The notes below the pieces were generated by a model, which did no database searches, was not told the DNA's origin, and saw only the letters and a program-made list of their open reading frames with translations. The position numbers and the translations under genes are program-made. Below are positions 30,701-42,529 of a stretch of 64,000 nt of DNA, one piece after another. Numbering within the stretch: position 1 is the first letter of the stretch; each line of letters opens with the position of its first letter. The stretch comes from Macrostomum lignano (taxonomy: Eukaryota). The stretch covers positions 372,001-436,000 of the forward strand of contig NIVC01000103.1 in NCBI GenBank assembly GCA_002269645.1, in the 5' to 3' direction.

Positions 30701-33700
30701 ATATTTATCCCCTATTTGCTCAGATCCTCAATCCATATTTATCCCCTATTTGCTCAGATCCTCAATCCATATTTATTCCCTAAGTGCTCAGATCCTCAAC
30801 CGATATTTATCCTTTATTTGCTCAAATTCCTAATCCATATTTATCCCCTATTTGCTCAGATCCTCAATCCATATTTATCCCCTATTTGCTCATTGCTCAG
30901 ATCCCCAATCCATATTATCCCCTATTTGCTCAGATCCTCAATCCATATTTATCCCCTAATTGCTTAGATCCTCAACCGATATTTATCCTTTATTTGCTCA
31001 AATTCCCAATCCATATTTATCCCCTATTTGCTCAGATCCTTGATCCATATTTATCCCCTATTTGCTCAGATCGTCAATCCATATTATCCCCTATTTGCTC
31101 AGATCCCCAATCCATATTATCCCCTATTTGCTCAGATCCTCAATCCATATTTATCCCCTAATTGCTCAGATCCTCAACCGATATTTATCCTTTATTTGCT
31201 CAAATTCCCAATCCATATTTATCCCCTATTTGCTCAGATCCTCGATCCATATTTATCCCCAATTTGCTCAGATCCCCAATCCATATTTATCCCCTATTTG
31301 CTCAGATCCTCAATCCATATCTATCCCCAATTTGCTCAGATCCTCAATCCATATTTATCCCCTATTTGCTCAGATCCTCAATCCATATTTATCCCCTATT
31401 TGCTCAGATCCTCAATCCATATCTATCCCCAATTTGCTCAGATCCTCAATCCATATCTATCCCCAATTTGCTCAGATCCTCAATCCATATTTATCCCCTA
31501 TTTAATCAGATCCCCAATCCATATATACCCTCATTTTCACTCAAATCCCCAATCGAAATTTATCCCTCTCTCCCATCCAGCCGGAACTCTGACGGCCACC
31601 GGCCATCAGTGTACGCTCCCGAGGCAAGCCAAGTCCGCCGGCTGCTGCAGTCGGCCGAACTCGAAGCCGACCGTCGGGCACGTCGCCAGTTCCCGCTTGA
31701 GCAGCGGCTGCGCCAGTCGCTAGTCGGCCAGGAGGCCGCCATTCGATGCGTCGCCGCGGCTGTCCGTCGCAAAGAGAACGGCTGGGGCGACGCTGACCAC
31801 CCGCTGGTGTTCCTGTTTCTGGGCAGCTCCGGCGTGGGCAAGACTGAGCTGGCTAAACAGGTAGGTTTGGGGGGTTTCAGGTAGGTTTGGGGTAGTTGTC
31901 AGGTAGGTTTTCGGGGAGTTGTCAGGTAGGTTTTGGGGGATTTCAGGTAGGTCTTTGGGAGTTTTTAACGTAGGTTTGTAGGGACTTTCAGGTAGGTTTT
32001 TAGTGATTTTCAAGTAGGTTTTTGGGGGATTTTCAGGTGGTAGGTTTTTTGGGGATTTTCCCTAATGTTCAGGGTATGCCTAGAGGATTTTCATTTCAGG
32101 TAGATTTTAGAGGACATAAGAACTCTCAGTTAGGTGTGCTGATTTACCAAGCTTTGAGATTGTGCGAGCGTAAATCACAATGCGCCTCGCAGGTATCGCT
32201 CTACCTAAACCGAGACAGCCAGCAGGCGCAGCAGCAGCAGGGTCAGAATCTGTCACAGCGGCAATCGCCTCTCCAAAAGCAGCAAAAATCCGGCAATAAT
32301 TCGTACGGTTTCGTCCGCCTTGACATGTCCGAATACGCCGAGAAGCACGAAGCCGCCAAGTTGATCGGCGCTCCGCCTGGCTACGTTGGCTACGAGAGCG
32401 GCGGCCAGCTGACACAGGTGAGGCAGGGCGGGAGGATGCTGGGCGAGGGATGGCAGAGGAAAATTGAACAGCAACTCGGGCTTTCAAGATTTTTCAGGGG
32501 TAAGAGAATTATAGAGATTAGGAGAGAGGGGATGGAGGAGAGGAGAGAGGGGATGGAGGAGAGGAGAGAGGGGATGGAGGAGAGGGAAGAGGGGATGGAG
32601 GAGAGGAGAGAGGGGATGGAGGAGAGGAGAGAGGGGATGGAGGAGAGGGAAGAGGGGATGGAGGAGAGGAGAGAGGGGATGGAGGAGAGGAGAGAGGGGA
32701 TGGAGGAGAGGGAAGAGGGGATGGAGGAGAGGGAAGAGGGGATGGAGGAGAGGGAAGAGGGGATGGAGGAGAGGAGAGAGGGGATGGAGGAGAGGGAAGA
32801 GGGGATGGAGGAGAGGAGAGAGGGGATGGAGGAGAGGGAAGAGGGGATGGAGGAGAGGAGAGAGGGGATGGAGGAGAGGGAAGAGGGGATGGAGGAGAGG
32901 AGAGAGGGGATGGAGGAGAGGGGAGAGGGGATGGAGGAGAGGGGAGAGGGGATGGAGGAGAGGGGAGAAGAGATGGAGGAGAGGGAAGAGGGGATGGAGG
33001 AGAGGAGAGAGGGGATGGAGGAGAGGGGAGAGGGGATAGAGAAGAGAAGAGAGGGGATAGAGGAGAGGGGAGAGGGGATAGAGGAGAGGGGATAGAGAAG
33101 AGGGGAGAGGGGATAGAGGAGAGGGGAGAGTTGATGGAGGAGAGGGGATAGAGAAGAAGAGGGGAGAGGGGATGGAGGAGAGGGGATAGAGGAGAGGGGA
33201 GAGGGGATGGAGGAGAGGGGATAGAGGAGAGGGGAGAGGGGATGGAGGAGTGGGGAGAGGGGATGGAGGAGAGGAGAGAGGGGGTGGAGGACAGAAGAGA
33301 GGGGGTGGAGGACAGAAGAGAGGGGGTGGAGGAGAGGGGAGAGGGGATGGAGGAGAGGAGAGAGGGGATGGAGGAGAGGGGAGAGGGGATGGAGGAGAGG
33401 GGATAGAGAAGAGGGGAGAGGGGATAGAGGAGAGGGGAGAGTTGATGGAGGAGAGGGGATAGAGAAGAAGAGGGGAGAGGGGATGGAGGAGAGGGGAGAG
33501 GGGATGAAGGAGAGGGGAGAGGGGATGGAGGAGAGGAGAGAGGGGATAGAGGAGAGGGGATAGAGAAGAGGGGATAGAGGAGAGGGGAGAGGGCATATCG
33601 TCTCTCTACTCTCAAAAAGCTAAATATTGGCAGAAGGGTTGGGCCACAACCTCATAAACCACAGCTGACGGCAATTCTGCCCATCCCACTGACTCTTAAG

Positions 33701-34803
33701 CACATAGAAGCGGTCCCCCTTTTGGGTAATTTTCGCGCTACATCACCCTGAATCCCCCAGGCACTGCAGCGCTGCCCGTCGGCCATAGTCCTGCTAGACG
33801 AGGTGGACAAGGCCCATCCGGACGTGCTCAGCACGCTGCTCCAATTGTTCGACGAGGGTCGCCTAACCGATGGCCAGGGTCGCACCGTCAGCTGTAAGGA
33901 TGCTGTGTTCATCATGACATCGAATTTGGCGTCGGATCAAATTGCCGAGTACGGGCAGCGCCTGAGGCAGGCCGAGGCGGCCGGGGGCGCGGGCCGTAGC
34001 GGCGGTGCGGGCAGCAGGGAGCTGCAAGTCGAGGCCGAGGTGATTTTGCTGTTTCAATACCTGTTGGATCCCCTGTTGTATTGTATACGAATCACCGGGT
34101 TTTTATTCACCGCTTGGATCCCTGTTATTTCTTCAGTAAAAAACACCGGTTAGATAACCTGTTATTAGCCCTGTCAATAACACCGGTTAGATCACCTGTT
34201 ATTAGCCCTGTCAATAACACCGGTTAGATCACCTGTTATTAGCCCTGTCAATAACACCGGTTAGATCACCTGTTACCAGCAAAATCTCCCAACTCCCGCA
34301 CCTGGCAGGTGAGCCGCGACTTCAAGGACACTGTAGTCCGCCCAATCCTCAAGCGTCACTTCCGCCGCGACGAGTTCCTTGGCCGAATCAATGAGATCGT
34401 CTACTTCCTGCCGTTCAACTCTGCCGAGCTGGCTCAGCTGGTCAACCGGCAGCTCAACAAGTGGGCAGCTGTGGCCAAGGACCGCCACGGCATCGATCTG
34501 GTCTGGAGCGGCAAAGCAGTCGAGGCGCTGTCAGACGGGTATGACTATCACTACGGCGCCAGGTCCATCAAATACGAAGTTGACCGGCAGGTGGTGAGTC
34601 AGCTGGCATTGGCTGACGAATTCGGCCTTTTGAGCTCTGGCGATCGGGTGGAGCTCATCGTGTCCGACTCGGCCAAGCAGCGCAAAGTTGATTTGAAAAT
34701 CTGCCGCGGTCAGCTGGGTTCTAAGGATTATTCTACTGTCATTGTTAGGGAGAAGCTGGCTGCGGATTCGGCAGGCGCTTCATCAGCAGCGGCTTCTGAG
34801 TAG
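27755..34803 (+). CDS. CLPB: Mitochondrial AAA+ disaggregase CLPB/Skd3 (ankyrin repeats + AAA+ domain); start codon not located
   Basis: Exons 27755-28224, 28900-29139, 31581-31860, 32193-32417, 33761-34039 and 34309-34803, all phase-compatible. Motifs: [25 protein letters not shown], Walker A GSSGVGKT, pore loop GAPPGYVG, Walker [21 protein letters not shown] and YGARSIK. AATAAA near 34909. Confidence 0.95.
28240..28862. repeat. Intronic 21-bp minisatellite (tgtccgaatctctaatccacc)
   Basis: CLPB intron 1. Confidence 0.92.
29290..31530. repeat. Intronic ~33-bp minisatellite with higher-order blocks (atccatatttatcccctatttgctcagatcctca), ~2.2 kb
   Basis: CLPB intron 2. Confidence 0.95.
31861..32105. 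repeat. Degenerate ~22-bp repeat carrying about nine GTAGGT donor-like motifs
   Basis: Starts at the authentic donor CAG|GTAGGT at 31860/31861 in CLPB intron 3. Confidence 0.8.
32521..33592. repeat. Polypurine 21-bp minisatellite (gaggggatggaggagaggaga)
   Basis: CLPB intron 4. Confidence 0.93.
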
Positions 34804-34997
34804 CTTCTCTTATTCGCGTTATCCAGATCTGAATGCAAAACTGGATTTTTATTTTGTACACCTTTATAATTCACGTACAATGCTGATGCTGTGACGTTGC
34901 GAAATTCAATAAATTTGATTGGACATTATCTAGCTGATTCTCTTATGCACTAAATGCTTCTGTTTTCTTACGGTGATTTGTACTTTCTGTGGGCTTC

Positions 34998-35289
34998 GGA
35001 CGGACAGGCAGGCAGACAGGCAGACAGACAGACAGACAGACAGACAGGCAGGCAGGCAGACAGACAGGCAGGCAGGCAGGCAGGCAGGCAGACAGGCAGA
35101 CAGACAGACAGGCAGACAGACAGGTAGACAGACAGGTAGACAGACAGGTAGACAGACAGACAGGTAGACAGACAGACAGGCAGACAGACAGGTAGACAGA
35201 CAGACAGGTAGACAGACAGACAGATAGACAGACAGACAGACAGACGGACAGACAGATAGACAGACAGATAGACAGACAGACAGACAGAC

Positions 35290-35329
<40 letters not shown>

Positions 35330-35543
35330 ACAGACAGGTAGACAGACAGGCAGACAGACAGACAGGCAGACAGACAGGTAGACAGACAGGTAGACAGACA
35401 GGTAGACAGACAGACAGGTAGACAGACAGACAGGCAGACAGACAGGTAGACAGACAGACAGGTAGACAGACAGACAGATAGACAGACAGACAGACAGACG
35501 GACAGACAGATAGACAGACAGATAGACAGACAGACAGACAGAC

Positions 35544-35579
<36 letters not shown>

Positions 35580-35689
35580 ACAGACAGACAGGTAGACAGA
35601 CAGACAGGTAGACAGACAGACAGGTAGACAGACAGACAGATAGACAGACAGATAGATAGACAGACAGATAGACAGACAGGTAGACAGAC

Positions 35690-35720
<31 letters not shown>

Positions 35721-35850
35721 TAGACAGACAGGTAGACAGACAGGTAGACAGACAGATAGACAGACAGACAGACAGATAGACAGACAGACAGACAGACTGT
35801 CAGACAGACAGACAGACAGACACAGGCAGGCAGGCATGCAGACAGTCAGA
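34998..35850. repeat. (AGAC/AGGC/AGGT)n tetranucleotide microsatellite
   Basis: Lies between the convergent 3' ends of CLPB and the KH-like gene. Confidence 0.97.
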
Positions 35851-36279
35851 CAGGGCAGTACACTGTATATGACAAAGACGTAGAACAAGGACAAAGACTG
35901 CACACTATGAATTATGTACTACAAAGGTAAATAAAATAGCGGTGCTGATTTGCCTCCGAGTTCAGCCGCAGGAAAATGCAAAAAAATGGAAATTATAGTT
36001 TTATTGCTGCAATACTCTGAAACTCAGGTCCGTATATGCTGTACGGTACAGGCGCTAGTTAACTGCGGGCCTTTGCGCACCAAGAAAGCTGTCTTAGCAG
36101 GCATTGCGCTGTCTTTTTGGTGAAATAATAGTGTTTTAGACAGTTGTAAAAATGCAACTATTTGAGAAATTATGGTTTAAAAAAGTGACGGTATGTTCTA
36201 TCTGCGGTGAGCTGATTCTATGAAACTGAAAACAAATATTGGTCTCCAGATGGCAGCCGGTCCAGTTGTGCCTGATAAG
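35834..36279 (-). repeat. Left copy of a ~446-bp inverted duplication (3'UTR of the KH-like gene, includes AATAAA)
   Basis: Its reverse complement matches 45084-45528 apart from a few substitutions and a 1-bp indel in an A run. Confidence 0.92.
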
Positions 36280-36284
36280 GCAAT

Positions 36285-39200
36285 TCAACGGCACACGGGT
36301 ATAGTGAGGGCCCGTTTCAGCGCGAGAGCCGACTGCCGACCCATCTGGAACTGGTCGTGCAGGGCTGTGATTCGTTCCACCGCGTTCACGCCCTGGTACT
36401 CCGGCTCCAGGTTGCTGGTGGTCTGGTAGCCCAGGCTGGGGTACACGTGCTTCATGCACAGCTTCACTGCCGGCGCCGAGAAGGTCAACTTGCCCACCTG
36501 GGTTGGTTGCCAAGTGCATTGGTGTACGGTTAGTACAGTAGGCTGATATGCGGCTCTTTGGTCTTGCGAACATACGCTCGTAAGGAGAGCGGGGAATTTG
36601 GGCATCGCGGGTGTAGGCGTGTGAAGTGTAGAGGCGTGGGTGTAGAGGTGTAGGCGTGGAGTGTAGAGACGTGGGCGTGTGGGGTGTAGAGACGACGGTG
36701 TGTGGGGTGTAGCGGTGTGGGCGTGTGGTGTGGTATGGTGTGGGTTGTGGGTGTCAAATGGGAGGTGTGGTGTGTCTGGTGTGTTGTGTTGGTGTGTGCG
36801 TTGTTGGGTTCGGGTTTGGTGTACGGTGTGGGGTAATCAGTATGTCTCCGTTCAGAATTCCTGCAGAATCTCACCTTGAACAAGCCGAACTTCCACGGCG
36901 AGTTACCCACAGTTCGCGTGGCCGTCTGTCTGTACGGCGACTCGAGCTTGAGCGCGCCGAACCTGTGCGAGCTGCCCCCGGTGCGTTGGTAGCCAAAGTA
37001 CAGCTCGGCATTGTCCGGCACGTCTTCACGGAGGTACATCCGGCAGACTGCGGCAGTGTGGTAGGTTTTGCGCCACTTGTAGCTGGGCACCGCCTTCTGC
37101 AGCAGGGTGTCGCAGTTCTCGATGCACTTGAATGTTGGCCCGACAATCCTGATGATCATGTACTTGTGCCAGCGGCCGCCGATGCACAGCTTGCGGTTCA
37201 GCAGGCGGCGGGTCACCTCAACCTGCGTTCGATTTGGGATTGCTTCGTCCGGACTACTGGGGTCTAGTGGACGAATAAAATACAACACCGAGTCGAACCC
37301 GGGATGTCTTGTTGCACCCTGCCCTCACTCCTCTTCCTCCTCCCTTCTTCCCAAACCCGGACTCGCGGGGAACTAGGGGGAAAAATGACAATTTCGCACC
37401 TGGCAGCGGGTCCGGTAGCAGATGGCCCGGAAGACGCCCGGCTCTTTCAGGAAGGCCTCAATCAGCGAGTCCTTCACCGGCAGGATGAACTCCCGCTGCA
37501 TTCTGGGCGCGAAGATGTCCACATCGCCGATGATGACGCCCTCCTTGACCAGCTCGCCAGTCACCGGGTGCGGCGTCGACGCCGATTTATCGTCGTGCCG
37601 TCCACCGTCGCGTAGCAACGCATCGGAGTCGTTGGTGACGCCGGCAAACATTCTGCGCATGGTTTCAACAGTGCGCGAGGAGCAGAAATCCAGGATGGCC
37701 TTCTCGATGAGGTTGGCAATCTCGTTTTTGTTGAGTCGCAGAGACTGGCGCTGAGTCGCCGGCTTCTCGGCGTTGCCCTCCGTCAGGGAGGCCGCCTCCG
37801 CGTCCGAAGTCTCCCCGAGATTGGTAAACTGAAGGTTGTGGGTGTGGCTGCGATACCCGCTGATTGTGGCTGCAATACCTGCTGATTGTGGCTGCAATAC
37901 CCACTGATTGTGGCTGCAATACCCGCTGATTGTGGCTGCAATACCCGCTGATTGTGGCTGCAATACCTGCTGATTGTGGCTGCAATACCCGCTGATTGTG
38001 GCTGCAATACCTGCTGATTGTGGCTGCAATACCTGCTGATTGTGGCTGCAATACCTGCTGATTATGGCTGCAATACCTGCTGATTGTGGCTGCAATACCC
38101 GCTGATTGTGGCTGCAATACCTGCTGATTGTGGCTGCAATACCTGCTGATTGTGGCTGCAATACCCACTGATTGTGGCTGCAATACCCACTGATAGAGGC
38201 TGCAATACCTACTGATAGAGGCTGCAATACCTACTGATAGAGGCTGCAATACCTACTGATAGAGGCTGCAATACCTACTGATAGAGGCTTCAATACCCGC
38301 TGAAGAGTCTGATCTGCAATACCCGCTGGTTGTAGAGTCTGATCTGCAGTACCCAATTGCCAGGCCTCACCACCGAGTCAGTTTGCTCGCCCACGCCAAA
38401 CTCCGAGGAGTCGCCTTCCATGCCACCGTCAGTGCTGGGGCCCTCAGTCGCCGAAGTGTCGTTCTCTTCATCGGTGGACCGCATCGCCGGCGCTGAGTCC
38501 TCTTCCACGCCTTCGGTTTCGGGTTCCTGGGATTCTTCCGCTTCTGCGGAGCCGGCGGATGGGGAGCCGGTACACTCTCTGTTAAGCCCTCAAATGGACT
38601 CTCAGCAGGACTCTCTGCTAGAATCTCTGCTGGACTCTCTAATGGACTCTCTAGTGGACTCTCTAATGGACTCGCTAATAGATTCTCTAATGGACTCTCT
38701 AATGGACTCTCTAATGGACTCTCTAATGGACTCTTTATTGGACTCTCTAATGGACTCTCTAATGGACTCTTTATTGGACTCTCTAATGGACTCTCTAATG
38801 GACTCGCTAATGGACTCGCTAATAGATTCTCTAATGGACTCTCTAATGGACTCTCTAATGGATTCTCTAATGGATTCTCTAATGGATTCTCTAATGGATT
38901 CTCTAATGGATTCTCTAATGGATTCTCTAATGGATTCTCTAATGGACTCTCTGCTGGACTTCACTTGACTCTCTGCTGGACTCTCTGCTGGACTCTCTGC
39001 TAGAGTCTCTTTTCTTTCGTGTCTCCCAACATGTGTCTAACCAGCGCGAGCTAACGAAACAGGCCCTCCTTGAGCAGGTTGCGCCTTCTATCCCTCCTCC
39101 CCTACCCGACTGCTCCAGAGCGTCGCTGGCCAGGTTCGAGTTGCTGTAAGGACCACCGCCGCCACCGCCGCCTCGAACAACGACTCGATCGTCGCTGATG

Positions 39201-42100
39201 TCGCTGCCGCTGCTGCCGCTGTTGTGACTCTCTGTGCAGTCGCTGCTGTCTTCGCTGCCGCTGCCGCCGCTGCTGCCGCCGCTAGCGAAGGTGGCCGGCG
39301 ATTTGGCCGACTGGTTGGTGGCGAAGTCTTCGTTGATTCTGGCCGAAACCGCCGCCACCGCCACCGCTGCGTCCTCGGCGCTGCTCGCCGGCTTTCTGCC
39401 GATGCTGGTCGACGACAAACTGTCCGGCTCAAGCGCGGAGGCCGACGACGAAGTCGACGAGCTGGTGGACGAGAACGAGTAGGTGCCGCGATCGTCTGAG
39501 GAGGCGGCGTGGACTGAGGCTCTGTTGTGCGACAGCTGGGTTGGTTCGGGGTTGGGTTGGGGATGCATGGGTTTTTGATAACTCGCTTGAAGTCAGCACT
39601 GAAAAGAAAGCTAGATTGAGTACACTATTCAGCACATTATCGAGTAGCTGAATATTTAAACACAGCATTGAGCTCAGCATTGAGCACACCATTGAGCACA
39701 CCATTGAGCACACCATTGAGCACACCATTGAGCACACCATTGAGCACACCATTGAGCACACCATTGAGCACACCATTGAGCACACAACTGAGCACACAAT
39801 TGAGTACACAATTGAGCACACCATTGAGCACACCATTGAGCACACCATTGAGCACACCATTGAGCGCACCATTGAGCACACAATTGAGCACACCATTGAG
39901 CACACCATTAAGCACACCATTGAGCACACAAACTGAGCACACAATTGAGTACACAAATGAGCACACCATTGAGCACACCATTGAGCACACCATCAAGCAC
40001 ACCATTGAGCACACCATTAAGCACACCATTGAGCACACAACTGAGCACACAATTGAGTACACAAATGAGCACACCATTGAGCACACCATTGAGCACACCA
40101 TTGAGCACACAATTGGGCACACAACTGAGCACACCATTGAGCACAGCATCGAGCACAGCATTGAGCACAGCATTGAGCACACCATTGAGCACACAACTAC
40201 CATTGAGCACACAAATGAGCACACCATTGAGTACACAATTGAGCACAGCATTGAGCACACCATTGAGCACACCATCAAGCACACCATTGAGCACACAACT
40301 GAGCACACCATTGAGCACACAACTGAGCACACAACTGAGCACACAAATGAGCACACCATTGAGCACACCATTGAGCACACCATCAAGCACACTATTGAGC
40401 ACACCATTAAGCACACCATTGAGCACACAACTGAGCACACAATTGAGTACACAAATGAGCACACCATTGAGCACACCATTGAGCACACCATTGAGCACAC
40501 AATTGGGCACACAATTGGGCACACAACTGAGCACACCATTGAGCACAGCATCGAGCACAGCATTGAGCACAGCATTGAGCACACCATTGAGCACACCATT
40601 GAGCACACCATTGAGCACACAATTGGGCACACAACTGAGCACACCATTGAGCACAGCATCGAGCACAGCATTGAGCACACCATTGAGCACACCATTGAGC
40701 ACACAACTACCATTGAGCACACAAATGAGCACACCATTGAGTACACAATTGAGCACACCATTAAGCACACCATTGAGCACACAAACTGAGCACACAATTG
40801 AGTACACAAATGAGCACACCATTGAGCACACCATTGAGCACACCATCAAGCACACCATTGAGCACACCATTAAGCACACCATTGAGCACACAACTGAGCA
40901 CACAATTGAGTACACAAATGAGCACACCATTGAGCACAGCATCGAGCACAGCATTGAGCACAGCATTGAGCACACAATTGAGCACACAACTACCATTGAG
41001 CACACAAATGAGCACACCATTGAGTACACAATTGAGCACAGCATTGAGCACACCATTGAGCACACCATCAAGCACACCATTGAGCACACAACTGAGCACA
41101 CCATTGAGTACACAATTGAGCACACCATTGAGCACACCATTGAGCTCAGCATTGAGCACACCATTAAGCAAATCATTGAGCACACAATTGAGCACAGCAT
41201 TGAGCACACAATTGAGCACACAACTACCATTGAGCACACAAATGAGCACACCATTGAGCACACAATTGAGCACACCATTGAGCACACCATTGAGCACACC
41301 ATCAAGCACACCATTGAGCACACAACTGAGCACACCATTGAGCACACAACTGAGCACACAACTGAGCACACAATTGAGTACACAAATGAGCACACCATTG
41401 AGCACACCATTGAGCACACAATTGAGCACACCATTGAGCACACCATTAAGCACACCATTGAGCACACAAACTGAGCACACAATTGAGTACACAAATGAGC
41501 ACACCATTGAGCACACAAACTGAGCACACAATTGAGTACACAAATGAGCACACCATTGAGCACACCATTGAGCACACAATTGAGCACACCATTGAGCACA
41601 CCATTGAGCACACAAACTGAGCACACAATTGAGTACACAAATGAGCACACCATTGAGCACACCATTGAGCACAGCATCGAGCACAGCATTGAGCACAGCA
41701 TTGAGCACACAACTAAATCCAACCAGAAATCATTTTTTAGCCGGCCTCCCGTACCTGATTGCTTTCAGCCCAACCTTTCGCTTTGTGCCGCTTGCTCTTC
41801 TTCTTTGATCTGAATCAGAACGGCAATACAGATTACGTTGATTCGATCAGAAGTTCCATAAAATAGTGTTGCAAATAAAATTCCAACTCACGACTGCAAC
41901 GTTGCGATAGCAACGGCCGACGGGCTGCGGTGACGCGGGCTGGCGCACATCATCGTGCCGCTGTCAGGCTGCAGCAAGGTCGAGCCCGGTTCCAGCGGTG
42001 GCGAATCCTCGATGGTGAACGGCTGCACCGTCTCCAGCTGACTGCTGCTGGATGTCACCGTGGCCTGGTCGAGGTCTGACAGCTCCAACTGCTGCTCCAT
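36285..42100 (-). CDS. Uncharacterised ~630-aa protein: Ser/Gly/Glu-rich N-terminus with a basic patch, then a globular C-terminus with a degenerate KH-like segment
   Basis: Exons 42100-41892, 41809-41755, 39535-39106, ~38577-38371, 37828-37400, 37222-36875 and 36497-36285. All junctions are phase-consistent GT-AG except exon 3/4, which is uncertain. Codon usage is GC-rich like the other genes. Confidence 0.75.
37852..38300. repeat. Intronic 21-bp minisatellite (gctgattgtggctgcaatacc)
   Basis: Directly visible. Confidence 0.92.
38600..39000. repeat. Intronic 12-bp minisatellite (ggactctctaat)
   Basis: Directly visible. Confidence 0.92.
39664..41712. repeat. Intronic 12-bp minisatellite (gagcacaccatt), ~2 kb with re-duplicated blocks
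   Basis: Directly visible. It is the source of the HTIE, STPL and MVCS ORFs. Confidence 0.96.
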
Positions 42101-42529
42101 GCTGAATATTGATTACTTAAATTTGTGTACTTTTGATTGCGGCTAACAGATTCAAGTCTCCGTGTTATTGTAAGTAGATCAGGGCGATTCTTTCACCCAT
42201 AATAGCTCTTTACGATTCTGATGCACCCTGTACTCTAAGAATACTTTGTCTATGGTAATTCTCGTTGGTTTCTAAGCCAAGTGTTGAGTCGCAGGCTGAT
42301 GTATGCGTGTAGCACTAGGGTATTATTAGAATCAGGAATGATGGAAATATTGAAACATTAATTTGATTTGCAAAACATTGCGCTTTGTTTTAAGTTTGTT
42401 CCGTGTCGGTTCAACTTCATTCAGAGCAATTAGATGTACATAATTGGTTTGGCTTGTAGGGCCTCAAATCAAGGCGACAATTGAACTGCAGTCAACTCAT
42501 CAATTACCTCACATGACGATGACTCATCC

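Noticed and set aside
27755-34803. Bacterial ClpB acquired by horizontal transfer
   Set aside because: Ankyrin repeats plus a single AAA+ domain and spliceosomal introns identify the metazoan CLPB/Skd3 type.
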